This document shows positions 45,194 through 55,895 of a DNA stretch of 64,000 nucleotides, piece after piece. The stretch comes from Halorutilales archaeon Cl-col2-1 (GTDB taxonomy: Archaea; Halobacteriota; Halobacteria; Halobacteriales; Afararchaeaceae). The stretch is from assembly GCA_041891055.1 (NCBI GenBank), contig CP169074.1, positions 608,001 through 672,000 on the forward strand. The letters are read 5' to 3'. Position numbers and translations under genes: made by a program. The notes under the pieces are model-generated. The model did no database searches. It worked only from the letters and a program-made list of their open reading frames with translations, and was not told the origin of the DNA. Within the stretch, counting starts at the first letter, position 1; each line of letters opens with the position of its first letter.

Positions 45194-47551
45194 TCAGATT
45201 CTACATCTCTGTCCCGAGTCTATGACCTTTACGACAGTGAGGACTGCGGGGAGTACCACAAAGCCCGCAAACAGTGAGAAGGCTATCGCGAAGACAGTCG
45301 TCCATCCGAAGTTCGCAAGCACGGGGAACCTCGACAGGAGGAGGACTCCGAATCCCGTGATCGTCGTGAGTCCCGATCCGAGTATTGGACGTGAGAGCTT
45401 TCCTATCGCCGTCTCTATGGCGTCGAAGGGTGTCGCTCCGTGTTCTATCATCTCCTCCTCGAACCTCTCGTAGATATGTATTCCGTAGTCAATTCCTATT
45501 CCGAGAGTCAGCGACGACATCGTAACCGTGAGAGGGTTCCACGGAACTCCCGCTACGAACATTCCTCCGGTGACGAGTAATGCCGCGCTGGCTGCGACCC
45601 CGAGGACGAGTATCGCGCTCACGCGGAGCGACTTGAATGTGATCGTGAGGAATATCAGACCGAGACTGAAGCTCAGGAGTGTCATAGGTGTCAGACCCGC
45701 AGTGACGTTCTCTATGACATTCCTATTTAGGACGGGCTTGCCCGTTATACGTACGTCGCCGTCCTTTATCGTCATCTCGGCGTTTCCCTCGAACTCGTCT
45801 ATGAGTGTCCTGACCTCCTCGCCCGCGACATCGTCGACGTAGAAGGCAATCCTCATCTGTGTCGGCTTGTCGTCGGGGTCTTCTATTCCGAGTGTCTCCA
45901 TCTTCGTGAGACGGCTCAGGGACGAGTCGAGACGGTACTGACTCTCAGGAAGCCTGCCGCCGTTTAGCATCTTAGTCTTAGTGACGGGACTAAGAGCCGA
46001 GTTGACGTTGGGATTCTCCGACATAAGACGCTGGTACTCCGAGATCTCACGGAACTTCTCGGGAGTGTAGACATCGCCACCCTCGACGACTGCGTACATG
46101 ACCTTGGGGCTCTCGACGTTATTTTCGAGGAAGGTGAGGTCGTTCTTAGCTTCGAGGTTCTGAGGCCAGAAGTCCATCATCTCCTGTTTGGGCTCGACCT
46201 GTGGGTACGCCCACGCTCCACCTAAGACGAGTACTAAGACGACTGCGAGTGTGAGCTTCGGCTTGTGGCAGATCACGTCGCCCGTGAACCTCTCGAAGAA
46301 CGACTCGACAGGGTCTGGGTCTACTTCGTCTTCGTCTCCGTCTCTTTCGCCTCCGTCGGCTGCGGCGACGGATCTCTGAGGCGTGTCGGTCGTGTCACGG
46401 CTGTCGAACTTGACGAGGAGAGCGGGGAGAAGCGTCACCGAGAGTAACATGCTCGCCAGGACGCTTGACGCACTCGTCACGCCGAACTGTCTCACGGGAG
46501 GCACGCTCGATATGAAGAGCGACCCGAGACCTATCACAGTGGTTCCCATAGCGAGAAGTATCGCCCTTCCGGTTGTCCTCGCCGACATCCCGGCGGCATC
46601 GACGGGGCTCCTGCCGTTTTCCCTCTCCTCGGTGTATCTCGTCTGTATCTGGAGACCGTAGTCGATTCCGAGACCGAGGGCTATCGGCATCACACCGAGC
46701 ATTATGGCGTTGAAGTCGTATCCGAGGACTCCCATGACTCCCATCATCGTCATAAGGGCTGCCATCGTCATTCCGAGAGGGAAGACGACGTGCCAGCCTT
46801 TCTCTATCTTGTTTCTCATTATGAGATAGACGACGAGGAATATCATACCGAAGGCTCCCGCAAACAGCATTATCATCTCGGGAAGCATCAGACCGAATGC
46901 GGCGTTCTCGAAGACTGGCTGCCCCGTAACCGTGACGGTCATACCGGGTGGCGTCTCGACGAACTGTGTCTCCGACTCGAACTCGGAGTAGATTATGTCG
47001 GAGCCACGTCTAGGCATGAAGTTGCCCGTCTTGAGCGTGTCGACGTTTCCGTAGGGAGCAAGGAGTACGGTCATGTCGTTCCTGGGCACGAGGTTGTCGA
47101 CGACATCCGCGGAGCCCGAACCGTAGTTTCTGACTCGGTCTATCGACTGTCTGACTCCGTACTCCGTCTGAGGCATCTCGCCGTCGTTCCCCATACGGAC
47201 TATGTCGGCGAGACTCGTGACCCCCTTGACGTTGTCGACTGACGAGTACCTCTTGTCAAGCCTGTCTATCGCACGTATCGTCTCGGGGTCGTAGAGGTCG
47301 TCCGACTCGACTACTACGAAGACGTTGTTGCCCTCGTCGAATTCCTCCTTGAGATGTGACCAGTCGTCCCACGTCTCCGACTCCTCCTCTATGTAGAGGC
47401 TCATTCCCATCTGCATCTGTATCGACGACGCCGCCGACGCCGCCGAGATGACGAGGACTACGGCGACTATCCCGAAGACTATACGTTGGTTTTCAGATGA
47501 GAACCGTCCTACGTCTTCGAGTACGTCCTTTACTTTTTCCTCTAGGCTCAT
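45194..47551 (-). CDS. RND/MMPL (HAE3) family transporter
   Basis: GLGIDYG and GIGIDYG motifs; duplicated 6-TM architecture. Confidence 0.92.
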   Translation of the reverse strand: MSLEEKVKDVLEDVGRFSSENQRIVFGIVAVVLVISAASAASSIQMQMGMSLYIEEESETWDDWSHLKEEFDEGNNVFVVVESDDLYDPETIRAIDRLDKRYSSVDNVKGVTSLADIVRMGNDGEMPQTEYGVRQSIDRVRNYGSGSADVVDNLVPRNDMTVLLAPYGNVDTLKTGNFMPRRGSDIIYSEFESETQFVETPPGMTVTVTGQPVFENAAFGLMLPEMIMLFAGAFGMIFLVVYLIMRNKIEKGWHVVFPLGMTMAALMTMMGVMGVLGYDFNAIMLGVMPIALGLGIDYGLQIQTRYTEERENGRSPVDAAGMSARTTGRAILLAMGTTVIGLGSLFISSVPPVRQFGVTSASSVLASMLLSVTLLPALLVKFDSRDTTDTPQRSVAAADGGERDGDEDEVDPDPVESFFERFTGDVICHKPKLTLAVVLVLVLGGAWAYPQVEPKQEMMDFWPQNLEAKNDLTFLENNVESPKVMYAVVEGGDVYTPEKFREISEYQRLMSENPNVNSALSPVTKTKMLNGGRLPESQYRLDSSLSRLTKMETLGIEDPDDKPTQMRIAFYVDDVAGEEVRTLIDEFEGNAEMTIKDGDVRITGKPVLNRNVIENVTAGLTPMTLLSFSLGLIFLTITFKSLRVSAILVLGVAASAALLVTGGMFVAGVPWNPLTVTMSSLTLGIGIDYGIHIYERFEEEMIEHGATPFDAIETAIGKLSRPILGSGLTTITGFGVLLLSRFPVLANFGWTTVFAIAFSLFAGFVVLPAVLTVVKVIDSGQRCRI

Positions 47552-47583
47552 TGTGTGGTAGGTAAGATGGATGTAGCCTGATC

Positions 47584-49197
47584 TTATAGACCTACGAGAC
47601 CGAGTAGGCTACCCAGGAGTCCGCCGCCTCCCTGGGTGACTCTTACGGGAGCCTTCTGTATGTCGGTCACGACCTTGTCACCGAAGGCGTTGTCGTACTT
47701 GATAGCCATGTCGACTGAGTACTCCTTCGGGGTAGCCGAGCTCGCGACGCTGACCTTGTAGGTCACAGTAGTACTCTCACCGGGTTCGAGGTCGCCTATG
47801 TAGGCAGTGTCGTCGTCTGTCGAGAACGGCGTGTCGACGTTCATCCTCGCAACGGCGTCTCTGTAGACACCCTCACCCGTGTTCTCTATCTCGACCTCGA
47901 CAGTGTCGGTAGCCCCGGCTTCTATCTCAGGAGTATTGAGGACGTCGAAGGTCATCTCAGGACCGACGTCTACTGAGACAGTGTTGACGTCGGAGGTCGT
48001 CTTCTCGTCGAAGTAGTCGTAGTACTCAACCGCGAAGTCGAGCGAGTAGTCTTGGGGAACCGCCCTGTCGACTACCTCCGCCTTGAAGCTCGCGTTTGCG
48101 GTCTCACCGGCTTCGAGATCACCAAGGCTTGCCGTGGTCGAGACAGGTACGAAGGGCTCTGTCGGATGCATTACAAGTTTGGCGTTGTCGACCGAGGTGT
48201 CAGCCTCATTAGTGACCTCGACGTTGACCTGTCCCATTGAGTTGACGTAGAGATCGGTCGATGACGCCGACATGTCGAACTTGATCTCTTCGTCAACCTC
48301 GGCTGTTCCAGTCTTGACGTCCGACTGTCGTGCGACACCGTTCTCGTCCTCGTACGAGACGCGGAAGTTGACGGGGTATCTACCCGCGACTGCCTTAGAG
48401 CCGACTTTGACACGGAAGTCAAAGGTCTTCTCCTGCCCTGGCTCTAAGCTGCCGACCGACTTCGAGTTGTCCTCCGAGGTTATGGGACTGCTGTCGACTA
48501 TCTGGAGCGTGGCGTCGTGTGCGGTCTCGTGTCCCTCGTTACGTACTGTCGCGGTTATACTGCCCTCACTGTCGACCCTGAGTGACTCCGACTCCATATC
48601 TACTACGTCGAGGTCGAATGTCGAGTCTACACGTACGGTGATATACTCGGTCTCTGTCTTCTCGTTCCTTATGATCTGGTAAGACGAGTCACGCGCGACC
48701 GAGTCGACGCTCATGTAAGTGACGTACTCGTAGTCGATCTCGACAGGGAGTCTGTAAGTACCCGGTGTGGCGTTCTCGTCGACCTCCATCATCACTCCGA
48801 CGGATGAACCTCTCGAAGGCGTCACAGTGCCCGCTGACTGGGTGTCAGATCTTATGTCTACGGGAGCGTCACCGCTTCTGACGTCGACCCTCGTGGTTAT
48901 CGCCGCGCCGGGCGTCGACGTATACCGGTTGCCTATGATCTGTGATAGCTCCTGTATTCCGTTAGGAGTCTCGGCTATCGTACTACCCCTATTCTGTACG
49001 TCGATCCTGAGACGAGTTGTCTCTCCCGGATCTACGACGTTTGACTCACTTCCTATGCTCGTCATCAGGTCGGGCTCGTCGTAACGCACGCTCTCCTGGG
49101 CTCCTAATGCGGGAGCGGAGACGAGAACAACCGCCGAAACTACCACTGCTAGAACTACTGCGCCGTGTCTCAGAGCTGAGTTCATCTTGGATTTCAT
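47584..49197 (-). CDS. COG1361 S-layer-family cell-surface protein
   Basis: Signal peptide and Ig-like repeats (PGTY, GSLEPG, GDLEPG); start uncertain (49197 or 49185). Confidence 0.85.
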   Translation of the reverse strand: MKSKMNSALRHGAVVLAVVVSAVVLVSAPALGAQESVRYDEPDLMTSIGSESNVVDPGETTRLRIDVQNRGSTIAETPNGIQELSQIIGNRYTSTPGAAITTRVDVRSGDAPVDIRSDTQSAGTVTPSRGSSVGVMMEVDENATPGTYRLPVEIDYEYVTYMSVDSVARDSSYQIIRNEKTETEYITVRVDSTFDLDVVDMESESLRVDSEGSITATVRNEGHETAHDATLQIVDSSPITSEDNSKSVGSLEPGQEKTFDFRVKVGSKAVAGRYPVNFRVSYEDENGVARQSDVKTGTAEVDEEIKFDMSASSTDLYVNSMGQVNVEVTNEADTSVDNAKLVMHPTEPFVPVSTTASLGDLEAGETANASFKAEVVDRAVPQDYSLDFAVEYYDYFDEKTTSDVNTVSVDVGPEMTFDVLNTPEIEAGATDTVEVEIENTGEGVYRDAVARMNVDTPFSTDDDTAYIGDLEPGESTTVTYKVSVASSATPKEYSVDMAIKYDNAFGDKVVTDIQKAPVRVTQGGGGLLGSLLGLVGL

Positions 49198-49291
49198 AGC
49201 TTGGTGAAGATTGTACAATTCTTTGTCTGAAATAGCTCTCCCAGGTATATATACTATACGTGTTCTTCAATTCTTCTGAGAAACCGCGGCT

Positions 49292-49762
49292 CTACTCCAT
49301 CAGGTCGATGTAGTTGAAGAGCGTCGTGTTAGCGAACTCGACCGTCTTACGTGTCTCTATTAGGTCGTTGACGAAACGATCCTTTCCAAGAGCGTCGTGG
49401 TAGACGAGGCGTGAGACGTCTATGTAGTCGAGATCCTCGAAGTCGCCACCGTACTCGAAAGTTCCACGTTTCTGAAAGAGGAATCTCTCTAGCTTCGTCT
49501 TGAGTTCGGTCGTCTGTCTGTCGTCGAGTCCGGCTACCGCATCGCGCTGTTCGTCGTCGAGTACGAGACGTGAGACTATGTCTATCTTGTCGGACCCCTC
49601 GTTCGTCTTGAGGACGTGGAGGTTGAACTCACCCATCCTGACTGAGAAGTTAAAGACACTGTGTTCGTCGTCGACCTCTTCGTGTTCGATGGCTTCCTCG
49701 GTGAGCCATCTTTCTACTGTTTCTCTGACCTCGGCGTCTGACGAGTCTGAGTCTATGGACAT
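49292..49762 (-). CDS. hypothetical protein (DUF2299/YbjN-like fold)
   Basis: VERWLTEE...FNFSV...RLVYHDALGKDRF pattern. Confidence 0.6.
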   Translation of the reverse strand: MSIDSDSSDAEVRETVERWLTEEAIEHEEVDDEHSVFNFSVRMGEFNLHVLKTNEGSDKIDIVSRLVLDDEQRDAVAGLDDRQTTELKTKLERFLFQKRGTFEYGGDFEDLDYIDVSRLVYHDALGKDRFVNDLIETRKTVEFANTTLFNYIDLME

Positions 49763-49820
49763 AGAGGGAGATTATCTATCAGACGTAAAAGACCTGCTAT
49801 ATAATAGGCGGAGACTGTGT

Positions 49821-51044
49821 TCAGAGAGGCTTAATCCTGTCACCGTTAGTTGGGTAGCACATTCCGTCCATCAGGAGATGTTCGAGAGTCTCGTCGGCGA
49901 CCTCCTCGTCTATCCCCGACTCTACCGCGCGTGAGATTATGGTCGACCTCTCAACACCCTCGTCGCCGTTCTCCTCTTCTATTATCCCCATGACGACAGA
50001 CTCTGGACTGTCCGAAGCCTCGGTGTCATCTTTCTCAGCGTATTCACCGGTAGATTCCTCGGCTTCCTCCGTGGATTCGTCCTCGTAGCCAGCATCAGTG
50101 TCCTCTCCCGACTCTATCTCGGTCGCACTCTGGAACTCCGATCCGAACTCCTCCTCGACTGCTTCCCTCTCACCCTCATCCCAGTCCCAGTCGGGCTCGT
50201 CTTCGAAGTCAATATCGGCTTCGGTCTCCGTCTCCGAGGCTGAGACTGACTCCGTCTCGTCAGTGTCGGTCTCTGCCGCTCCGTGTGAGTCTATCTCTTT
50301 CTCGTCGGAGCTCGAAGCCGTAGGCTCAGCTTGTGCATCTGTCTCAGCCGAAGTCTCTTCCTCAGTCTTGGATTCAAGCTCGGTATCTGCCAGTCTCTCT
50401 TCCTCTTCGCCCTCGGCAGTATCCGTATCTGCGATCTCTTCGAGAGCATCGAGACATTCACGTCTGAGCGAGTCGAGGTACTGAGTGTCGGTTCCATACT
50501 CGTCTATCGCCATCTTGACATCGGCGTCCTCGCCCTCGCCTTCTAACACCGACTCGACGTTTTCTATTCTACTGAGGCTTCTCTCGGCTGTGTTGACGAC
50601 CCATCTGTCACGTGTCTCGGAGTCGACCTCGCTGACTTCCTCGGGACGGACGCTCGTGTAGACCTCGTCAGAGTCGTCGGGTTCGTAGGTTCTCGCCTTC
50701 CCTACGACCGCGACGAACGACGGAACATCGGCCTCCGAGAAGAAGTTCATAGCGTCGGGCTGATACTGTCCGGCGTAGACGACGAATGCGCCGGTCGGAT
50801 CAGCTATCCTCGCTCTATAAAGGTCGTCGTCGAGTCTCTCGACCTCGGTGACGACCCCTACGATGAAGAGACGGTTAACCTTCGCCCCGGTCGGCGTGAG
50901 GACGTAGTTGGGGGCACGGTCACCCTCGCCCTGTTTGAACGAGTAAGTCGAGTCATCGTACTCCGTGGCGAAGAGACGCCATGCGACCTCCCTGTTGAAG
51001 CCGTTCGACGTCTCCGTACGGTTCTGTGTCTGTGTTTCACTCAT
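49821..51044 (-). CDS. RPA-associated protein (OB fold, acidic linker, C-terminal wHTH)
   Basis: REVAWRLFATE, PTGAKVNRLF, DPTG, YAGQYQP; overlaps the rpa stop codon. Confidence 0.88.
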   Translation of the reverse strand: MSETQTQNRTETSNGFNREVAWRLFATEYDDSTYSFKQGEGDRAPNYVLTPTGAKVNRLFIVGVVTEVERLDDDLYRARIADPTGAFVVYAGQYQPDAMNFFSEADVPSFVAVVGKARTYEPDDSDEVYTSVRPEEVSEVDSETRDRWVVNTAERSLSRIENVESVLEGEGEDADVKMAIDEYGTDTQYLDSLRRECLDALEEIADTDTAEGEEEERLADTELESKTEEETSAETDAQAEPTASSSDEKEIDSHGAAETDTDETESVSASETETEADIDFEDEPDWDWDEGEREAVEEEFGSEFQSATEIESGEDTDAGYEDESTEEAEESTGEYAEKDDTEASDSPESVVMGIIEEENGDEGVERSTIISRAVESGIDEEVADETLEHLLMDGMCYPTNGDRIKPL

Positions 51045-52323
51045 GCTTCTGTATTACCTCTCTTGCCATAGACTCGGGGGGGACGTCGACCTCCGACAGA
51101 TCCTTGACTTCCATGTTGGCGCCGTACTCTCCGACGCTGACGTTTCCACGTGCCATCCACTCTCTTCCCACCATCTCGTCGGCTATCGCTTCCTCGACAA
51201 CAGACTGATCCATCGCCTCCCTCGCCTCTTCCTCGGCGTCTTCGAGACTTCCGCCGTAGACCTTCTCTGTCAGATCACGTCCGAGAACGAGAGTGAGTGC
51301 CCCGGTTCCGTCGTCGAGAACCGCCTTAGTACGCATGTCGGAGACACCCTCGACTTCCCCATGCGCCCTGCACTGCCCCTTCTGTATCACTCTGCCACAT
51401 TCGGGACATCTCTTTATTATACCAGAACCGTCCTTAACTGAGATAACGGTTCCCGTGACTGCGACGTCGAAGGCTCCCCCGTCCTCGACAGCCTCCCTCA
51501 CGGTGACTTCCGAGGTTTCGTCGTCGACTTCGACTTGGGTCTCTGCCTCCTCAACGGCTGTATACTCTCCCATGTTTATCTGAGGCACGCCGCGGTACTC
51601 GTTGACGTAGGCATTCTCGACTCTCAAGGAATCATCCTCTTCGAAGTCGCGGTTCTCCCAGTCGGTGAAAGGTAGCCGTCCCGACGCGTCGGCGAGGACA
51701 CCCGACTTTATACGTGTCTCACCCTCACGTCCGTCTATCGTCCTCTCCTCCGACTCGACGACGGCTGCTTCGAGATCGACGGCGCGGTCGCCCTCTCTTA
51801 GGTCGGCGATATCACGGACTCCATGAGTCCCGTACTCAGTCTCAATGTTCTCAGCGTCCTCGACACGTGTCTCGTTCCCGAGGTTTATCTGTCTCTCACC
51901 GTTCCACTCGCGGACATCGGATCCCTCTATACGTACGGTGTCACCGGCTGAGAGACCGAAGTCATCCCAAGCCGTGAACTTGATGACGTCGGTCTCGTCG
52001 GCTATCTCTCCCTCGAATATTGTGTTCGCGTCGCCTCCCGATCGTATGCTACGTCTTCCGACACTCAGAACCATCCCCTCGACAGTGACTCCTTGATCCT
52101 CGGTACTGAGTTCATCTATCCCCATCGGCTCAGACGCGGCTTCGTCTGTGGAGTCGGACGAGGAGTCGGTGGAGTATCTACGTCTGAGAGTCTTCTTAGC
52201 TTCGTCTATCGGAACGCTGTACTCGACGAGATTCCGGAGTCTCTCCTCGACCTCGTCGGCGTCGGCATCGAGACTCTCGGCGAGTTCGCGCGCGTGTCTC
52301 GAAACATCCGTCCCATTCATCAA
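51037..52323 (-). CDS. rpa: replication protein A (three OB folds + zinc finger)
   Basis: IADETDVIKFTAW, LADASGRLPFTDW, CPECGR..C..H, LDDGTG. Confidence 0.92.
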   Translation of the reverse strand: MMNGTDVSRHARELAESLDADADEVEERLRNLVEYSVPIDEAKKTLRRRYSTDSSSDSTDEAASEPMGIDELSTEDQGVTVEGMVLSVGRRSIRSGGDANTIFEGEIADETDVIKFTAWDDFGLSAGDTVRIEGSDVREWNGERQINLGNETRVEDAENIETEYGTHGVRDIADLREGDRAVDLEAAVVESEERTIDGREGETRIKSGVLADASGRLPFTDWENRDFEEDDSLRVENAYVNEYRGVPQINMGEYTAVEEAETQVEVDDETSEVTVREAVEDGGAFDVAVTGTVISVKDGSGIIKRCPECGRVIQKGQCRAHGEVEGVSDMRTKAVLDDGTGALTLVLGRDLTEKVYGGSLEDAEEEAREAMDQSVVEEAIADEMVGREWMARGNVSVGEYGANMEVKDLSEVDVPPESMAREVIQKHE

Positions 52324-52471
52324 GTTGAAATGGTGTTTGTGGGTTAAAAGCCTTGTTCAGACCAGACCGAGACGTCCTAGCCCGAAGCCATCAGAGACAC
52401 ATGGAATTCATCCACAACTCGGTGGGTTCACCGTTAGATTTATTAGTAGTCAGCCTCGGAATACGGAGGGT

Positions 52472-54871
52472 ATGGGTGGAGTGATTCTAGGTAAGATTAG
52501 GCAGAGCTACGGTCTAAAATTACTCGTGTCATTCTTTCTGATACTCGGATTGATAGGCGGCATAGGCGGATATATGTATCTCGACTCGAAGGCGACACTG
52601 ACTCAGGACGCTAACCAGAAGATGGAGACGACTGCGGAGCTACATTCGAGTCAGATGGAGAGCTGGATAACGTCGTCACGGCAGCAGGCTCGTATGATCT
52701 CGGAGTCGGAGCACGTATCGACGGGAAATAGACAGGAAGTTAAGACATACGTCGACGGTCTAGTTGAGGACGACGAGACTGTTCAGGGGACTAGAGCAAT
52801 ACATTACATAGATACAGAGACTACTGAGATACTCACGAGCAGCCTCGACGGGAGGATAGGTGGTAATCCGCGACAGGAGGGTGCACCCTGGGCTCAGGAA
52901 GACCTGACACAGCTTGAGACTGATGAAGTCAAGATATCGGCGTTCAAGCCGGAAGTGGCTAATGCCACAGTAATGACGTTCGTAACCCCTGTCCCCGACG
53001 GAGAGAACCGTGGCATAGTTCTAGTCACGAGTATAAGTGAGGTAGCTAAGGGTCTCGAACAGCCCGTGGATTCGAGTGGTACGAAGATAGTCTCCTCCGA
53101 GGGGCGTGTCATGCTCAGTCAGAAAAATCCCAACTCTGTCGGGACTCAGAACACCGAGGAGGAGGGTGTGAGTTCTGACGCCGTGGCAAGTGCGCTTGAC
53201 GGTAACACGGGCGTAATCCAGGCTGACGGTGAGACAGTAGTTATGGGATATTCACCCATCGAATCTCTCAACTGGGCAGTGGTTACACACGCTCCGTCAT
53301 CGAGTCTCCTCTCGGTACAACAGAGCGTTTCGATGGGGATACTCGGAATACTCGTCTCCGCGGTGTTCGGAATGGGACTCATAGGGGTCACAATAGGACG
53401 TAACACACTCAGTTCCGTCAAGACGCTCTCCTCGAAAGCCGAGGAGATAGAGGACGGAAATCTCGACGCTGATCTTAGCTCCGACAGAAAAGACGAGATA
53501 GGCGGGCTTTTCTCGTCGTTCGACAGCATGAGGTCGTCTCTCAAGGAGAAGATAGACGAGGCAGAGAACGCGAAGGAGGAAGCAGAGACGCAGAAGGAAG
53601 AGGCAGAGGAGGCGAAGAGGGAAGCCGAGGAGATGAGACAGCATCTCGAAGACAAAGCCCAGGAGTACGAAAACGTCATGTCAAAGGTTGCCGACGGCGA
53701 CCTCACCCTCAGAATGAACTCCGACAGCCAGAGTGACGCCATGAACTCAATCGCTCAAGGCTTCAACTCAATGGTCAACGACTGGGAAAACGTCATCAGC
53801 GAAATCCGTAGCTTCGCCGACGAAGTCGCCGAGTCGAGCGAACAGGTCACTGCCTCAAGCGAAGAGGTCAAAACCGCCAGCCAGCAGGTCTCCGAATCAA
53901 TTCAGGAAATCGCCGACGGTGCCAACAGCCAAAACCAAAAACTCGACGACGTCTCTAACGAAATGAGCGACCTCTCGGCGACAATAGAGGAAATAGCGTC
54001 GTCAGCGGACAACGTCGCTCAAAAATCAAAGGAAACCGCCGAAATCGGCGAATCCGGCAAAAACGCCGCCTCCAACGCCATCGACGAAATGAACTCCATA
54101 GAGTCCAAAGCCGACAAAACCTCCGACGAAATCAAAGCTCTCGACGACAGGATGAAAGAAATCGGCAATATCGTCAACGTCATCACTGATATCGCCGAAC
54201 AGACCAACATTCTCGCCCTCAACGCCAACATAGAAGCCGCAAGAGCTGGCTCCGGCGGCGACGACGCTGGCGAAGGCTTCGGTGTCGTCGCCAACGAGGT
54301 CAAAAGCCTCGCCGAGGAAACTAAAGAGTCCGCCGAGGAAATCGAATCCATAATCGACGAAGTACAGAACCAAACCTCAACCGCCGTCGACGACATGAAC
54401 GAGATGGAAGACAGAATCTCCGATGGCTCCAACGCTGTTAGCGACGCTGTCGACGCGCTAGAGGAAATCGTCGAAAACGTCAACGAAACTAACACCGGCG
54501 TCCAGGAAATCTCTGGCGCTACTGACGACCAAGCCGACTCAACTCAAGAAGTCGTCTCTATGGTCGATGACATCGCCAGCGTCTCCGAAGAAACCTCCTC
54601 ACAGTCCGAAAACGTCGCCGCCTCCGCCGAAGAACAAACCTCCGCTCTCAACGAAGTCTCCCAAAACGCCTCTAAACTCTCTGATAGAGCAGAGAGGCTG
54701 AACGATCTCCTCGGAGAGTTCGAGGTCGAGGCTGGTGGCAGTAGTCAAGACATCGAAGAAAACGTGGACGTGACAGACGTAACAGACACCGAGACAGAAG
54801 ATAGCTGGGGATCGGCAGAGACAGAAGCAGCCGACTCCGGGGTCTCAGCAGACGGGAGAGGCGACGACTAA
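52472..54871 (+). CDS. methyl-accepting chemotaxis transducer (Htr; Cache sensor, 2 HAMP, signalling domain)
   Basis: TM1, extracellular domain, TM2, RKDEIG HAMP, IAEQTNILALNANIEAARAG; likely start ATG 52472. Confidence 0.95.
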   Translation: MGGVILGKIRQSYGLKLLVSFFLILGLIGGIGGYMYLDSKATLTQDANQKMETTAELHSSQMESWITSSRQQARMISESEHVSTGNRQEVKTYVDGLVEDDETVQGTRAIHYIDTETTEILTSSLDGRIGGNPRQEGAPWAQEDLTQLETDEVKISAFKPEVANATVMTFVTPVPDGENRGIVLVTSISEVAKGLEQPVDSSGTKIVSSEGRVMLSQKNPNSVGTQNTEEEGVSSDAVASALDGNTGVIQADGETVVMGYSPIESLNWAVVTHAPSSSLLSVQQSVSMGILGILVSAVFGMGLIGVTIGRNTLSSVKTLSSKAEEIEDGNLDADLSSDRKDEIGGLFSSFDSMRSSLKEKIDEAENAKEEAETQKEEAEEAKREAEEMRQHLEDKAQEYENVMSKVADGDLTLRMNSDSQSDAMNSIAQGFNSMVNDWENVISEIRSFADEVAESSEQVTASSEEVKTASQQVSESIQEIADGANSQNQKLDDVSNEMSDLSATIEEIASSADNVAQKSKETAEIGESGKNAASNAIDEMNSIESKADKTSDEIKALDDRMKEIGNIVNVITDIAEQTNILALNANIEAARAGSGGDDAGEGFGVVANEVKSLAEETKESAEEIESIIDEVQNQTSTAVDDMNEMEDRISDGSNAVSDAVDALEEIVENVNETNTGVQEISGATDDQADSTQEVVSMVDDIASVSEETSSQSENVAASAEEQTSALNEVSQNASKLSDRAERLNDLLGEFEVEAGGSSQDIEENVDVTDVTDTETEDSWGSAETEAADSGVSADGRGDD

Positions 54872-54874
54872 GTA

Positions 54875-55726
54875 TTACCGTGAACTCGGCTCCGCCTTGT
54901 CGGAGTCCATCCCCGAACCCGCGGTTGAGGCGGGCTCTGTGTCTTGTTTTTCCTCGTTGAGATCCGACCGAGACCTCTCGACATCGGCGTAACTTCTTAT
55001 CGCCCTCAGGAAGTCTATCTTCCGGAACGCAGGCCAGTAAGGATCACAGAAGTAGACAGCCGACTCGCTCCCCTTCGCCTGCCACGGCAGGAAGTTCGAG
55101 AGACGCTCTTCGCCCCCCGTCCTTATCATGAGATCGACGTCGTTCGACTTCGGAGTGTAGACATACTCGGAGACAGTATCGATGTCTATCTCGTCGGGTT
55201 CGAGGTCTCCGTCTTCCACCTCTCTGAGAACCTCACGCGAAGCTCTGAGTAGCTCGTCGCGTCCTCCGTATCCGACTGCGACGTTGAGATGGAACTCGTC
55301 GTACTCGCTCGTCTTCTCCTCCGCTTCTCTTATAGCTCCCTCGACCCTGTCAGGGAGACGTCCGAGGTCGCCCACAGCACGTATACGTATCTCGTTCGAG
55401 TGTATACGTTTGTCTTCGGCGAGTTCGAGGAACTTCTCCTCCATGAGGTCGAAAAGTGAGTCGAGTTCGTTCTCGGGACGTCGGAAGTTTTCTGTCGAGA
55501 ATGTGTAGAGGGTGACCTCCTTCACGCCGATTTCGGACGCCCAGTCGAGTAGCTCCTCCGCCTTCTCGGCTCCGTGTTTGTGACCTTCTTCCGGCGGCTT
55601 TCCGTTCGCCGTCGCGAAACGTCTGTTACCGTCCTGTATCACGGCTATGTGTTCGGGAATCCTCTCACCATCAATCTGACGTCTCAGGAAGAACTCGTAG
55701 ACCCTGTTGGCGACTTTCCTCATCAT
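54875..55726 (-). CDS. uppS: cis-prenyltransferase (polyprenyl diphosphate synthase)
   Basis: HIAVIQDGNRR, FSTENF, YGGR, RTGGEERLSNFL. Confidence 0.95.
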   Translation of the reverse strand: MMRKVANRVYEFFLRRQIDGERIPEHIAVIQDGNRRFATANGKPPEEGHKHGAEKAEELLDWASEIGVKEVTLYTFSTENFRRPENELDSLFDLMEEKFLELAEDKRIHSNEIRIRAVGDLGRLPDRVEGAIREAEEKTSEYDEFHLNVAVGYGGRDELLRASREVLREVEDGDLEPDEIDIDTVSEYVYTPKSNDVDLMIRTGGEERLSNFLPWQAKGSESAVYFCDPYWPAFRKIDFLRAIRSYADVERSRSDLNEEKQDTEPASTAGSGMDSDKAEPSSR

Positions 55727-55828
55727 CAGTATCTTATCTGTCTGTTCTGTCTAAGAAAGCTCGTCTTATTAATTCACGGGAATAGAACAAATACGAACGG
55801 GCTCACTCCTCCTTACAGTCGTCGTTGT

Positions 55829-55884
55829 ACGGGCCGGGAGGGATTCGAACTTTGGTCATTGCATTCCCGAGTTCGAATCCTTCC
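55829..55884 (-). repeat. duplicated tRNA-Lys 3' end (22 bp) + 20-nt core + inverted T-arm copy
   Basis: ACGGGCCGGGAGGGATTCGAAC at 55829-55850 is identical to 55895-55916; GTTCGAATCCTTCC at 55871-55884 is the inverted copy. Confidence 0.9.
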
Positions 55885-55895
55885 TGAGAGTTAAA

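Noticed and set aside
52148-52471. Extended N-termini given by the ORF track (MCP from 52148; also polB 33670, pstS 24682, ORFs starting at 44495, 60780 and 61165)
   Set aside because: They overlap neighbouring genes or promoters; downstream ATGs give family-typical starts.
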